A stretch of 38,344 nt of DNA from Macrostomum lignano (GCA_002269645.1 NIVC01002049.1:1-38344); one strand, 5' to 3'. Shown: positions 10,198-23,204, counted from the first letter of the stretch. The notes: generated by a model not told the origin, from the letters alone. Translations and numbers: made by a program.

Positions 10198-12162
10198 CTA
10201 AATCTTGATCAACACAGTACCGCGTATGTAGGCTGTGCAAATGGGGCAGCTGGTCACAGAGTTGGCACAAGGAGAGCAAATGTTTAAATGACCACAGTCC
10301 AGAAGCATGACGTTCACCTCATTGTCCATGCACACCTTGCACGTCTTCCAGTCGATTGTGTCTCGGTGTCTCGGCTGTTGGTTCAGTGACTCCCGAATCT
10401 GAGACATCCTGCTCTCGAAGAACGCCTCCGGATCCTGCGACTGCTTGCGCATGCGGCGGCTCTCGGAGAGCATGAAGTCGAGGAACAGCTCCGATGTTGC
10501 AAAGTCATCGCCTCGCTGTCTGAGATGCAGCTCTGTGAACAGTTTCACTTGCAGAGCAGAAAATCCGAGCTGAGTGAGCAGTCTCAAAACGGGCAGGTCG
10601 GCTCTGGCATTGATGTCTTTGGCCTCGACTCTGAACTCGACTCCAGGTGTGACTGCGAGAGACTGGTCTACGCGACTGCTGCGGACTGCAGTAGGGGCAA
10701 CGGACTCGTCGACAGTCGCAAAACTAGCTGATACAGTTGAGCCCGACTGCACCAGTGCAGTGCGACGCCGAGCTGAGGCAGCACAAGTCGGGTGCTGCAC
10801 GGGAGGTGACAGTCGGTGCACTGTCCGCACAAAGTCGCTGCCTCGTTCCAACAACACATGAGGACAGCGAGGCGACCATCTAGCGTGCTCAATCCACACA
10901 TCATCGCTGCAGCTCCAGTCGTTAACGCGAAGTCCACAGCTGAAGCAGCAGGTCGCTCTCTCGGCTTTCGAGTAGAAGAAGCCCGCCTTTGCAAGCAAGT
11001 ACACTGGCTGCTGAACGAAAGCCGAGTGCAGAGACTGCGACCTCGTTTGGTAGCTCTCGAAATCTGCGTGTTTGGCAGTCACACTCGATGGCTCACTTTC
11101 AAGACTGTGCTGGAGAGCAGACAGTTCCCTGAGCGCTCTCTCGGAGCACGCAGATCTCGCTACCTCGCTCGACACTGGTAGCTGAGGATGCTTTATCAGG
11201 TCGACTGCGACCAGCTCGTCATCAACAACGCGTACTGCACCAGCAGAGGTTGGACTACAAAGTCCTCGTGTCGCCAGCGCCCACTCTTTCAGCCCAGCGG
11301 CCTCAATCGGTGGAAGCTCAGCGACCAGCTTCATGCTCCAGTCTCCGTTCACCATCACTACGGCTTCATCTATGATCTGATCACTGCACTGCACTGCCTC
11401 GACCAGCTTTGCTGACCTCGAGGCTCCTTCCGGCTCCCTGTGCTCTCGAGGCACGTTGCCGACCTCGACGAATAGCACAAACGGACAGGTGGAGAAGTGG
11501 CGTCTGTGAGCCTCTCGGACCTGTTCGCCAGCCTTCCAGCCCTTGAGCACACCCTTGCAGAATGCACACTTGACTCTGTCCGTCTCCTGGAGGTAGAAGA
11601 ATCCGTCAGCAGCCAGATCCGTCACTGACACCAGGTGAGCCGCTGTAAAGCTGGCATCTGGCAGATGGAAAGACTGCCACCTGTTCTCTTCTCGTCTCAT
11701 GTCGCACAGTTGTTGGGGAATCGAGGCCGGTATTCCACTCGTGTCCCATCGCTGATTGCGGAAGTCCAGAGTCTGCGGCACAGGCGATACTCTGCCGTCA
11801 GATGTGCTTCTGCTGTTGCAGTAGTGCAACTTCTTGCACTTGCCAGTCTGTGATCGAGAACTAAAAGACTTTAACTGTTCGGGCTGAGTGTCAGAGTGCA
11901 AGACCCTCTGCCTGGACAATCCGTCAGTTGCAATTGCTAATAATGGATTAAATAACAGTTGAAATTCTGTGGCGTCAGTGTTACGCCAGGTTCTCGCAGA
12001 ATTTTGACCGGATTGAAATCTGGTTGATGCGCATGGAGCGTCACTTGCCGGACAAGTTTGATCGATGCGTTCAAGCCTTTGATCCGGTTCCGATGAAGAG
12101 GACGACTGATATGTAGCTTGCCAGGCATTCAATCTAACAAATCTATACCTGTTATTAGCCAT
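10198..12162 (-). CDS. Inhibitor of apoptosis (IAP): two BIR domains, UBA-like segment, C-terminal RING
   Basis: BIR1 CAFC-x16-H-x6-C and BIR2 CFSC-x16-H-x6-C (LAKAGFFY...DW...EHARWSPRC). RING CKVCMDNEVNVMLLDCGHLNICSPCANSVTSCPIC. The N-terminal ~90 aa could hide an intron (CAG|GTATAG near 12148). Confidence 0.95.
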   Translation of the reverse strand: MANNRYRFVRLNAWQATYQSSSSSEPDQRLERIDQTCPASDAPCASTRFQSGQNSARTWRNTDATEFQLLFNPLLAIATDGLSRQRVLHSDTQPEQLKSFSSRSQTGKCKKLHYCNSRSTSDGRVSPVPQTLDFRNQRWDTSGIPASIPQQLCDMRREENRWQSFHLPDASFTAAHLVSVTDLAADGFFYLQETDRVKCAFCKGVLKGWKAGEQVREAHRRHFSTCPFVLFVEVGNVPREHREPEGASRSAKLVEAVQCSDQIIDEAVVMVNGDWSMKLVAELPPIEAAGLKEWALATRGLCSPTSAGAVRVVDDELVAVDLIKHPQLPVSSEVARSACSERALRELSALQHSLESEPSSVTAKHADFESYQTRSQSLHSAFVQQPVYLLAKAGFFYSKAERATCCFSCGLRVNDWSCSDDVWIEHARWSPRCPHVLLERGSDFVRTVHRLSPPVQHPTCAASARRRTALVQSGSTVSASFATVDESVAPTAVRSSRVDQSLAVTPGVEFRVEAKDINARADLPVLRLLTQLGFSALQVKLFTELHLRQRGDDFATSELFLDFMLSESRRMRKQSQDPEAFFESRMSQIRESLNQQPRHRDTIDWKTCKVCMDNEVNVMLLDCGHLNICSPCANSVTSCPICTAYIRGTVLIKI

Positions 12163-13566
12163 TAAAATCTGTCGGTAGCGAATCGTGTAACGTGTTATCG
12201 GATTACTAGCACTGAACCGATACTGATCTAGCGTCTGAACCGAGTCTGAAATGATTTTTAAGAGGCCATTTGTTAATATAAACGTTGTTTATTCCCCCCT
12301 TTGATCAATTTTCAATACCCGAGTCGCGAACTTGATCTTGGGACGTCTGGTTAGGCTTATTTTATAGTACAGCACGAGTACTGAATTAGTTTTCTCGGGT
12401 CATACGGTTGAAGATTTGAAATTGGCCCCTCGAATTAACAGTTGGTGCCACTTAAATGCTTCTATTTTGTGTTATAGTGACTTAAGTTATTGAAACATTA
12501 TGACCACCTTGACTATATCGACTAGTTTATTTCTTATAAATATTATCAATGATACAGACACTTGAGTATTAAAGAGCAGACTTATGTGTCTCATTTCAAA
12601 GGTTCGAAATTTTAGTCTAACTAAGTTGATATTAAAGATAATGTGAACTTTCAACCTTTGGAGGCCTAGTCTTTGTGAAACTTACTTTTCTATTTTTAGA
12701 AAGCTTTTTTTAATTCAATTCCACGGCATTTCTATGGAGTTACCGCGGGAATTACAACTACAAACTTATTGTAGGTCACGCTAAAAATAGGCTACGTTGA
12801 AAATAAATGACTACAAATTATTGCAATTATTTTTTATTTCCACTGGAGTTTTAGGAATCTACGAGTAGAAGGTATAAAAAAGCTAGTCGTTTGTGGTAGA
12901 TCTTTTGGCTCTTGAACGAATTAATTCAAGGACTCTATCAGTTGATAAATTTGACACAACAGTGCCAATTGAACTAAAATTCAACAGTCTGATGATACAA
13001 AAAAACGAAAATATTGCTACTTACAAAGCTAGCCGTTTTACTCAAGCTTTCGATTATTATTTGAGAGAGCTAGTGGTCAATGTTTTTTAGAAGCCTTCCT
13101 GTCTGCTCTCCGCGCACTAAGCTTTTTTGACCACGCGCTACGAGCGTATGCGGCAGAACAATAAAGGCATTACCAAGTGCAAGCCACGGAAATTCCTTGG
13201 CTCTACCAAAAACGAATGCGCACATGCAATAGTACGCGTTCGTATTTCAAATTGTACATCTTGCAAATTATTTACTGTCTTTAGGCATAGATGTTCATTT
13301 TTATAATTGCAGAACTGGACCCAAAGGTTGAATTGAGACTGAACTTCAAACATGACCATTTTAACTCCTCTCAAAGCATTTCTGGCCATACACTATGAGA
13401 AAGCAATTTTTTATCAGATTGATTATCCTAATTCCTTCACTAGGGGTTAAAATGCTTGTTGTCAAACAATAGCACGGTGTTTAGATACAATCATTGAATA
13501 GAATGTTAAGTATATGTTAAGTATATAATATTTCGGCCATTTCAAAGCCAGTTAGAGCTACTTCTA

Positions 13567-13805
13567 CCATAGACACTAAAGGCTACAGCCATAATAAGCC
13601 AAAGGGAGGAGAAGCCCACCGGAGATGATTCGACCATAGACACTAAAGGCCAGACATAAGTCAAGGGAACGGGAGGAGAAGCCCACCGGAGATGATTCGA
13701 CCATAGACACTAAAGGCCAGACATAAGTCAAGGGAACGGGAGGAGAAGCCCACCGGAGATGATTCGACCATAGACACTAAAGGCCAGACATAAGTCAAGG
13801 AAAGT
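13567..13805. repeat. 67-bp tandem repeat, ~3.5 copies
   Basis: Units start at 13567, 13634, 13701 and 13768 (CCATAGACACTAAAGGC...GATGATTCGA). Confidence 0.93.
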
Positions 13806-14917
13806 GAGAAGCCTACTTGAAGTCCTTCAACAACAGACACTAAAAAACAAAGGCACTTAAACTTTCTCCCAATACACGGCAAAGCTCTCTTTATTATAAT
13901 TTACCCCGTAGGAATCTATTGACTGATGAAAGTGATCTAACTGTATAAAAGTAAGAAATAAATAAATAAAACTTAAGAAAACTATTATTAAATAAGACCA
14001 ATTATGACAGCTTAAAATCGTTAATTTGGCAGTATTTATTTGTTTGAAATTTGATTTGCTCATTAATTTTTTAATACTCAGATCACCTTGAAAATTGATA
14101 ATTAAAAATCAAAATTTACGGGAAATCACACTCAAATAAGGATTAGACAATCGCAATCAGTCAGCTCTACTATTCAGTAGTATTTCACTAAAGAAACTTC
14201 ATAGAGATAATTACTGAAAATTTAAGGCAGATCGCATATACTATACATAACAATGTGTACTTTTAAAATAAGATTACGTAACAAAATTATTACATATTAT
14301 TGGTACAGAAAATAGAATGGGCTCACGGCAGCTTTTCTTTCGTTATCAGCCAAATCCAAGCCGGAACAAATTATTCCGTTTACCTCGGATGGCGTCATTA
14401 GGCAGCGCGAACCATTATAGGAAAAACTTTATTAATGATGCGAAACAAAAATATTTTCATATTACTACTTGAATTCGTGGCGGCAGTAGTGTTAACTGAA
14501 TATCTAGCGTATTTTCTTTTCTAATCATAATATAAATATTGTCATTGCAAATTCGGCATGTAATTTCCACTTTTTTCGCGGTGAGATTCGCTGGACTAGA
14601 GAGAATAGGAACCCCCGGACAGTGTACAGACTGTGACTCGAGTTGGTCAGCAACAACAGAAAAAACATTGACAGCTAGATATTTAAAAAAAAATTTTTGA
14701 AATAGTCATGGCTATACTAAACAATATGACTATTAAAAACGGATAAAGATTTGAACAATTAATCAGAATTAAATAGGTTGTATTGTTTTAAACAAAATAA
14801 AAAAAAGTCTTTTGTCTTGGTCAACTGTGTACAGCCGGGCGGCAAGGGTGTGAATTTAAAGTGGAAATTACCAGCGCAAAGCAATGCTTTTATTAGGCTT
14901 GATTTTAGTAGATTTAG

Positions 14918-16180
14918 ATAGATTGGAGGGCGATTTTCATGAGAGTATATTTATAGACTGGAGGGCGATTCTCATGAGAGTATATTTATAGACTGGAGGG
15001 CGATTCTCATGAGAGTATATTTATAGACTGGAGGGCGATTCTCATGAGAGTATATTTATAGACTGGAGGGCGATTCTCATGAGAGTATATTTATAGACTG
15101 GAGGGCGATTCTCATGAGAGTATATTTATAGACTGGAGGGCGTTTTCTCATGAGAGTATATTTATAGACTGGAGGGCGATTCTCATGAGAGTATATTTAT
15201 AGATTGGAGGGCGATTCTCATGAGAGTATATTTATAGACTGGAGGGCGATTCTCATGAGAGTATATTTATAGACTGGAGGGCGATTCTCATGAGAGTATA
15301 TTTATAGACTGGAGGGCGATTCTCATGAGAGTATATTTATAGACTGGAGGGCGTTTTCTCATGAGAGTATATTTATAGACTGGAGGGCGATTCTCATGAG
15401 AGTATATTTATAGATTGGAGGGCGATTCTCATGAGAGTATATTTATAGACTGGAGGGCGATTCTCATGAGAGTGGATTTATAGACTGGAGGGCGATTCTC
15501 ATGAGAGTATATTTATAGACTGGAGGGCGATTCTCATGAGAGTATATTTATAGACTGGAGGGCGATTCTCATGAGAGTATATTTATAGACTGGAGGGCGA
15601 TTCTCATGAGAGTATATTTATAGACTGGAGGGCGTTTTCTCATGAGAGTATATTTATAGACTGGAGGGCGATTCTCATGAGAGTATATTTATAGATTGGA
15701 GGGCGATTCTCATGAGAGTATATTTATAGACTGGAGGGCGATTCTCATGAGAGTATATTTATAGACTGGAGGGCGATTCTCATGAGAGTATATTTATAGA
15801 TTGGAGGGCGATTCTCATGAGAGTATATTTATAGACTGGAGGGCGATTCTCATGAGAGTAGACTCAGATTGGAGGGCGATTCTCATGAGAGAAGACTTAT
15901 AGATTGGAGGGCGATTCTCATGAGAGTGGATTTATATATTGGAGGGCGATTCTCATGAGAGTAGACTCATAGATTGGAGGGCGATTCTCATGAGAGTAGA
16001 CTCATAGATTGGAGGGCGATTCTCATGAGAGTAGACTCATAGATTGGAGGGCGATTCTCATGAGAGTAGACTCATAGATTGGAGGGCGATTCTCATGAGA
16101 GTAGACTCATAGATTGGAGGGCGATTCTCATGAGAGTAGACTCATAGATTGGAGGGCGATTCTCATGAGAGTAGATTTAT
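14918..16180. repeat. 35-bp satellite, ~36 copies
   Basis: Unit ATAGACTGGAGGGCGATTCTCATGAGAGTATATTT, containing the palindrome TCTCATGAGA. No spacers. Confidence 0.98.
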
Positions 16181-16675
16181 TTTCATCAGACTAACTAATA
16201 ACTGCCATGAAACTTTAATACGTAACTTTACTAATTAAAACTGCCCACCTTAAAACCACCAGGAAAATTTCAACACAAATTTTAAAGATATTATTACTAC
16301 TAGTAGTAGTAGTACAAAAACGTTAGTCACCTGAATAAAGTAAATTCTATTTAAAACTGAAGCTGAAACGCAATGGAAATTAAAGTTCGTAAAGAAATTG
16401 AAAATGAAAACTCCAAGAGACACACTGCAGCTCTCAACCAATTGAACCGCGACAACAGGCGGATGGCAACATAACTGGCGAGGTTGCACAAAACTTTTCA
16501 CCAGCTACAATAAAAGCCAGCCACCTGATGCGGTCCGATTTAACTGGGAGAGCCGCAATTAACCTCATCCGCCACCGACGCACGGCGGAGCGCTCGGAGC
16601 GTCCGCTAAAATTTGAGAAATTTGTTATAATAAGATCTAGAATAGATATAATTATTATAGTTAGGCAGCAAATGT

Positions 16676-16866
16676 ACCTACTACTACTACTACTACTATT
16701 TCTACTACTACTACTACTACTAATACTACTACTACTATTTCTACTACTACTACTACTACCTCACCAATGCTACTACTACTACCTCACCAATGCTACTACT
16801 ACTACTACTACTACTACTACTAATACTACTATTTCTACTACTACTACTACTACTACCTCACCAATG

Positions 16867-16899
<33 letters not shown>

Positions 16900-17052
16900 A
16901 TACTACTACTACTATTTCTACTACTACTACTACTACTACCTCACCAATGCTACTACTACTACTACTACTACTACTACTAATACTACTACTACTACTACTA
17001 TCACTACTACTACTACTACTACCACTACTACTACTACTATTACTACTACTGC
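16676..17052. repeat. (CTA)n microsatellite with repeated CCTCACCAATG interruptions
   Basis: Read directly; it produces the poly-L/T/Y/S/V ORFs in the track. Confidence 0.95.
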
Positions 17053-19283
17053 GCAACTACTATTAAAAACCAATATCACATCTCTTACTGCCTCTGAATC
17101 CGCCAAATCTGCGTCGGGCACTGCCATTAGCTGCTCCGCCAGGTGCTGCAGAGCGCGATGGCGCCCGATAGTCTGAGCCGTAGCGATTGGCCTGCGAGCC
17201 GCTGCTCGTCAGCTGATTGATGGGAAATTAAATTTTTGTATCTAACTTGTGAATTGATAAATTGAATTCTAATTAACTATAGTAGAAAGAATTCGATAAA
17301 ATAAATTTGTACTCACATCAAAAGGAATCAATGTTTGGAAGCTGCAATACAATTCAGATAAGGTATTAAAAGAGCTTTACAAGATGCTATAAATAAACAA
17401 AATGGACACAGAGGAGCAATAAAGATACTTACAACATAACAACTCCTTGTACAAAGCTGCTGGCCCAGTTAAAAATGTTTGGCATTTTCCATGGTCGCTG
17501 CTCCATGATCTCGCCTAAAATTTGTTTTAATTGTTAATTAAATAATCATATCTTACAGAAACAATAAAGTTAAGAGTTGAGTTCTAACAAAATCTTATTT
17601 TATTTGAGTAGTCAGCGAACTTGCAACATGATCTATCTAGAATATGGAAGATATATTTTAGAATCTATGCAACCTAAGCAATATAACCCAACTTCAGTAA
17701 CCAACCACCAAGATTCTTAGTACTTTGTTTACTCATTTACTCATACTCATTTACTCATTTTATTTACTATTTAATTCATAGAAGCAAAAAGTTTATCATT
17801 GACTTTATAGACTATACAAAATTTCCTCAATTTTATGTAATACACTAATTTGCATTACTGTTTTTATGCATGGCATGAATTTATTTACCAAAATTTGTAT
17901 GCAAAAAATTGGCATGGATTTGTATGCCAAAATTTATATACCAAAAAATGCATGAATTTATATGCCAACTTTGAAAGGGATCATTTGTACACTGGAATCT
18001 AGCATACATGTAACCTTCTAGAATCTGGGTTGGCTGCAGTATAGCTATAGGCCTAGTAAATTGGACCCTTTCTCTCAAATCCCCACATTGCTACTGATGT
18101 AGTATGCCACATTTTATAATATAGAATGCCATCCAGTATAGATATTAACTACATTTATGAAACTTTTTCTTAGAAAATACTGTGTTTGAATTTACGCTAA
18201 AAAGAAATTAGTATACTTTTTGTTTAAATGTTGTGAAAGCAAATAACAGTTTATGAAATAAAATTTTGTTTTAAATATACCATGCAAGCAATATAAATAG
18301 AGGGCCAGGGAGAGGCCAAGAAGAGCAACCCTTGAGCAACTTGGAGCTTGGACAGTTTCATCTGTTGCCTCTTCTTCTGCAAGTTTTGCAAGTACAACCA
18401 ATTTAGTCTTTTTACTAAATTGCTATTTGCAGTGTTTGAAGGACTTAGTCATTTCCTTTTGAGTATTCAAAAACTGCTAAAGAGTGAGAGTCACCTCAGG
18501 GCATTAACCATTATAGAGCATAAAGGTCACCTCAGGGCAGAAGAATTGCTTCAAGGCAGGAAAATTGCATAAAGGCTGTGACCCTCTGATCCAGGGAATG
18601 CCCAGGACTGAGAGAACATCTCTAGAGGAGTAAAATAGTAGGAACATAAAGTGCCAAAAGACTGCTTAGGCCAAGAGTACAATACATATAATAGATAGAT
18701 AGATGCTACCAATATAGAAGTAGATAGAAAAGTAGTCCCACAACCAAGTACATTTACGCAAAAGTACATAAATTAAGAGAGCATAGAAGTTTAACCCTGT
18801 TACAACTGGTGTGAGCAATTAGGATTTTATAGAAAAAGAGCCAATAGGCCTGTTACAACTTGATAATAGCAGTTAGATCATCTATAGAGACAGAAGGAAA
18901 CCCCCCTGTTACTACTAACTAAACCTAATCAAAAAATTGTCAATACTGCATTGTTTTATGTTTTATCCCATGTACACCATGTATGCATATGCCAAATATA
19001 ATCTCAATTCATTGTTAATTTTTGTTAAGCTTAATTCAAATAGTAATTTAAATAGTATATGACTTATTGAAGTCATAAGATAGCTGCTATATATACAATT
19101 GAAACATTGGGTAGATGGCTGCTGTGCATGCAAGCCAATCAAGAAGGTGGCCTTTTTGCTTGAAAATTCCAGCATGAATTAGCCTTTCATAGTTCATTTA
19201 ACATGCATTTGGCATGCTTAAATCTTAAAAAATGCATTTGGCAAACTGGGTATCCAAAAAAGTTGCATTTGGTGTACAAAAAA

Positions 19284-19919
19284 TAGTGTTCCACTGTAGC
19301 CATATCTATGGCTACAGGATCCTATGGCAAATACGGTAAAATAAGTGCCTACGGCAGCTATGGATACACCTATGGTAGCTAGCTGCTCTTACGGCTATGA
19401 CTACGGAAATATGATAGTTGCTGTCACATTCCGTAGATTCCCGTAGCCATAGTTATTAATGTTAAAAATTGAAAAAATATTAGAAACAGGTAGAGTAAAA
19501 CAAAGATACTTTTAGTAAACTGTATTATCAACCTAGAAACTTATAAAATATACCTAAAAAAGTACAATAAAACACTAACAAACTCTAATTTTTATTAATG
19601 TGAAAAACTTTAGCATTAGTACTTTCAATAACAATTAAGTATTGTTGCTTTAAAAAAGACGAAATATAATCTTACAAAGACAATTAAGTGTTTATTTCAT
19701 TTTCTAATTTAATTTGCAGTTGTTTAAGCACTAGGTTATCTTCTTGATTCAAAATATTTTGTTTTTTTAGACTTTTTGTTAAAACTACGGCTATGGCTAT
19801 GGGAACTATGGGAATATGGTAATTTTGGGGTTCCTATGGCTACAGAATATGAAGAATTGGAGTAAGCCATAGTTTTGCTTAAAGCTATGGCTACGGATCC
19901 TCTTTATGGTAGAACACTA
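19284..19919. mobile_element. Non-autonomous hAT-type DNA transposon (MITE, 636 bp)
   Basis: TIR TAGTGTTCCAC / GTAGAACACTA (10 of 11 match). 8-bp TSD ACAAAAAA at 19276-19283 and 19920-19927. Subterminal CTATGGCTAC-type repeats at both ends. Confidence 0.85.
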
Positions 19920-20468
19920 ACAAAAAAATAATATACAAAAAAGCTATTTAAAAATGCTAGTATCGTCAGTCTCTGTAACAAAATATATCAACATTTCAAA
20001 GAAAGGTTGCAGTTCAAACATGACAGGAGTGGAAATAAAAAAATAATATTAATATAATTTGATTGTGCTATTTAAAATAATTTTAGTACCAGGACTTCAT
20101 ATAACTGTAAGTTATTATAAGCCTAGGCCTAAAGGAAAAATAGACCCAAAACATATTTTTATAGGGCCTAATCTAAATTTAAATGTCAAACATAAAAATG
20201 GAAAAAGGTCTTTTATTGTTGTAGTGCAAAAGTAAAATTGCCTAATTTTTTAATTTTGGCATACATGACAATTACATTGCAATTTTTATTTTTAGCATAA
20301 CTTGGCATGTATAAGGACCTCTTCCTAAATTTAATTTCAGCGGGCACATGTCACCTTCCTGACTATGGCATGCAAGCTCTTCATTTTAAAAACCTTTTAA
20401 TAAGATCTATATAGACTATAGTGATTAGGCCTAATGAAATAAGAATAGGCCTACAGGCTACTTATAGT

Positions 20469-20749
20469 CAGTGTTGGGCAAGTTACTCAAAAAAGTACCA
20501 TAACTTGCGTTACTGTAACTTAAGTTACCACTTTTTAAAAAGTAACTTACGTTAGCCTAGTAACTTTGAACAAAAACCCGGTAACTTTTAAGTTACTTCC
20601 GTTACTTACTTCCGTTACCTATGTTATTAACAAAATTTTCTGCTTTTTTAACATTGCAAATGTCTTAACGACAGTCCGTTAACGTTGATGAAAAATCTTA
20701 ACGCTTATTAACGGATTAACGCTTATTAACGGACTGGTGCCCAACACTG
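20469..20749. mobile_element. MITE-like element with 12-bp TIR
   Basis: CAGTGTTGGGCA at 20469-20480 and TGCCCAACACTG at 20738-20749. GTTAC repeats on the left, TTAAC repeats on the right. No matching TSD. Confidence 0.6.
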
Positions 20750-21132
20750 TAAATGGACACACAAATTAGGGCTTATAGCCATAGGGCCTAGACCTAGTAG
20801 GTTCAGCAAAACCATATTATAGGCCTAGGCCTATAAATCATAGGCAATAGGCCTAGTAGGCCTCCTAACCCTGCTCCTAGACGCCTAACTTATCTATGAA
20901 GTGCTTCAACAATAATTGCTTACAATTACAAGTGCAAGTGCAAAGATATTAATAGCCTAAAGGACATAAAGGAAATGTATTCAAGTTAAAAACTAATTAA
21001 TTTTTTAATAATCAATAAAACTTACCCGACGGGGTAACATAGACCATGATTAGGCCAAATCAATGTTACTCGTGTCGTGTCTATCTAATCTATTAGTTTA
21101 TCTATCTTATCTATTTGACACAAAATTAGAAA

Positions 21133-21164
21133 CTGTCCGATCGGGACAGTGCACTTTGCACTAG
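21133..21164 (+). mobile_element. Possible Helitron 3' terminus
   Basis: Hairpin CTGTCC-GATCG-GGACAG, 11 nt, then CTAG. The next base is C rather than the canonical T, and no clear 5' end. Confidence 0.3.
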
Positions 21165-22644
21165 CGCTAACAGAAGGCTAAAAATTAAGACCTTTTTACT
21201 TTGATAAGTCAGTTATGAGGCCAATGGCCAAAAGGAAAGCTCTTGAAACAATAACTTGTCGTCTTTAGACTTTAAAACACTTTAATAAAACAGAATGAAA
21301 AACTTCTTCGAAAAAGAATGACGAGTCATTCTAATTTATCAAAGAAGTTTTTAGTTAAATAAGAATTAACTTTTCTTGTTTAAAATTCACAAAAATAGTA
21401 ACCTACAATACTTTCTTTACCATAAAAAAATTATTTATAAAGTTTTGTTTTTCTTATTGTATCTATCAACATTTTAACTGTACGTTTTCAGTCTCAGTTT
21501 TTCCTCTCATTATTGGACATACTGAGTATGAGATATATGTATATCATAAAACAGTGCACACTATGTCTATATATGCTGATTCCCATGACAAATTACTCAT
21601 CTGCTTGATCTATTAGTATTCGAATTGCAGTTTGTTTTTTTACCCGTAAAATTAATGAGATACTGTCCCTTTTGTAACCACCGAAATAATTTATATTCTA
21701 TTTAAAAAACCATTGGTCTTCATGTTTTGCTGATAAATTAAGCTGGATGTAGACAAAATGTAGATTTATTTGCTTCTATCGTTACTGTAGATAGAAAAAC
21801 GAGCTAGAATATCATATTTTATATGATTTTTTTATTACTGAATTAAGAGTCGAAAGTTTAGCTTTGACTAAACTTTAAAAAGTGAACTTTAAACTTTCTT
21901 CTAAACTGTTTACTATTTAGAAGAAAGCAATCACAAGTGAAGGCTAATATTTGCAAAATTATTATCTTATTATGAATAATTGGACTTAGACTTTCCTAGA
22001 TAAAATCTAAATGCCAAAACAATTGCTTTAAGATAGATCTATTATTTAAACTTCTAAGTTAAATTGATTGATACAGTTGATTTTTAGCTCTTTAGCTCTT
22101 TAAATCTTTTAGTTTTAGATATTTATTAAAAAGCAATTAATCGCCCCTTCCGTTAGGAGCCAACAAAAAAAATTTGAATGAAGAAATTGAAGAAACCACA
22201 TTTATCTTTTGTCCTTATACAGTTGGTTTCTAAATGAATTAGTTTCTATATGGTTTTTAAGCAAATAAGCCATGCAGCTACCTAGCCGAAGATATCAGCA
22301 CCCCCTTTCAGCTACAAATATAAATTTGTAGAAGCTGTGGCTTAAACTTAACTCTTAAACACTCCGTTTGATGCTTGGCCTATCAAAAACTTCCAATTGA
22401 CAATTGGCATCTCATCTATTCCCAGCCGTGAGTCTTGACGTCTCAGCAACTCCCCCATGAGCATTGATATCTCAGAAATTCCCCCGTGAGCCATGAAATT
22501 TCGTCATTTATTGTCCAAAAACTTGGATAATTTTATATTCTTCATTTCAACGCTAAAATTTCATTCCTAGATATAGTCTAAACTTCTTTCAATTTACATA
22601 TCAGACTGTTCCATTAACTGCCTCATGCTTACAAGTCGTGCACG

Positions 22645-23204
22645 ATGGCTTCAAGTGACTCGTCAAACGCGACAGGCCCAGGCGGGGTACCGCAAGGCAG
22701 CAAGACATCCGAGTACTACGCCGTACAGAACATTCCCGACAGGTTCGACAATCCGGATTGGTTTAAAGGGTACGGCAACGTTAAACCGGTGCATCCAATG
22801 TACCGCACCACTGCATCGGATTACGGGAAAATGTCGCCCACAGTGCACACAATGCCGACTACATTCCATCCGGTGTCTCAGACTTTCTCTGAGGTGAGCA
22901 ACGTTTATTAGTTGCAAAATTATCTTAAGAAGCCCCCCCCCAAGAGGAGAGCTTTGAGATGTCGAATAACACGTGAATTCAAGATCGCTAAATTGATATT
23001 TAGACATGGTCAGAGGATTGGCTCTCTAATTAGTGAGACCGGTGCTCCTTGGTTGAGACCTCCCATTTAGCAGCACAGTAGATTGGGTGTTGCAATTTAT
23101 TAACAACCAGCTATACTTTGATTAATATTTCACAGGAGCTTGGACAGTGCGGCATGTACCGGAACCACTCTATGAACACTGGAAAAGACCCGAAGCTCAT
23201 CTGA
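22645..23204 (+). CDS. PIERCE1: PIERCE1/PIERCE2 family (C9orf116/C15orf65) ciliary microtubule protein, join(22645..22893,23136..23204), 105 aa
   Basis: TSEYY...PDRFDNPDWFKGY...YRTTASDYG...PTVHTMPTTFHP.SQTFSE then ELGQCGMYRNHSMNT matches the recalled human PIERCE1 pattern. Phase-0 intron GAG|GTGAGC ... TTTCACAG|. PIERCE1 versus PIERCE2 not resolved. Confidence 0.9.

Noticed and set aside
1546-11853. Many short antisense or alternate-frame ORFs over the ankyrin, NHL and IAP exons
   Set aside because: Shadows of GC-rich coding sequence with no independent motifs.
13138-13389. 83-aa minus-strand ORF upstream of the IAP
   Set aside because: No recognisable motif and no convincing splice context.
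14918-16180. CRISPR array (35-bp partly palindromic repeat)
   Set aside because: Units abut directly with no unique spacers, there are no cas genes, and the context is eukaryotic.
16528-17127. Poly-Leu/Thr/Ser/Val ORFs
   Set aside because: Products of the (CTA)n microsatellite.
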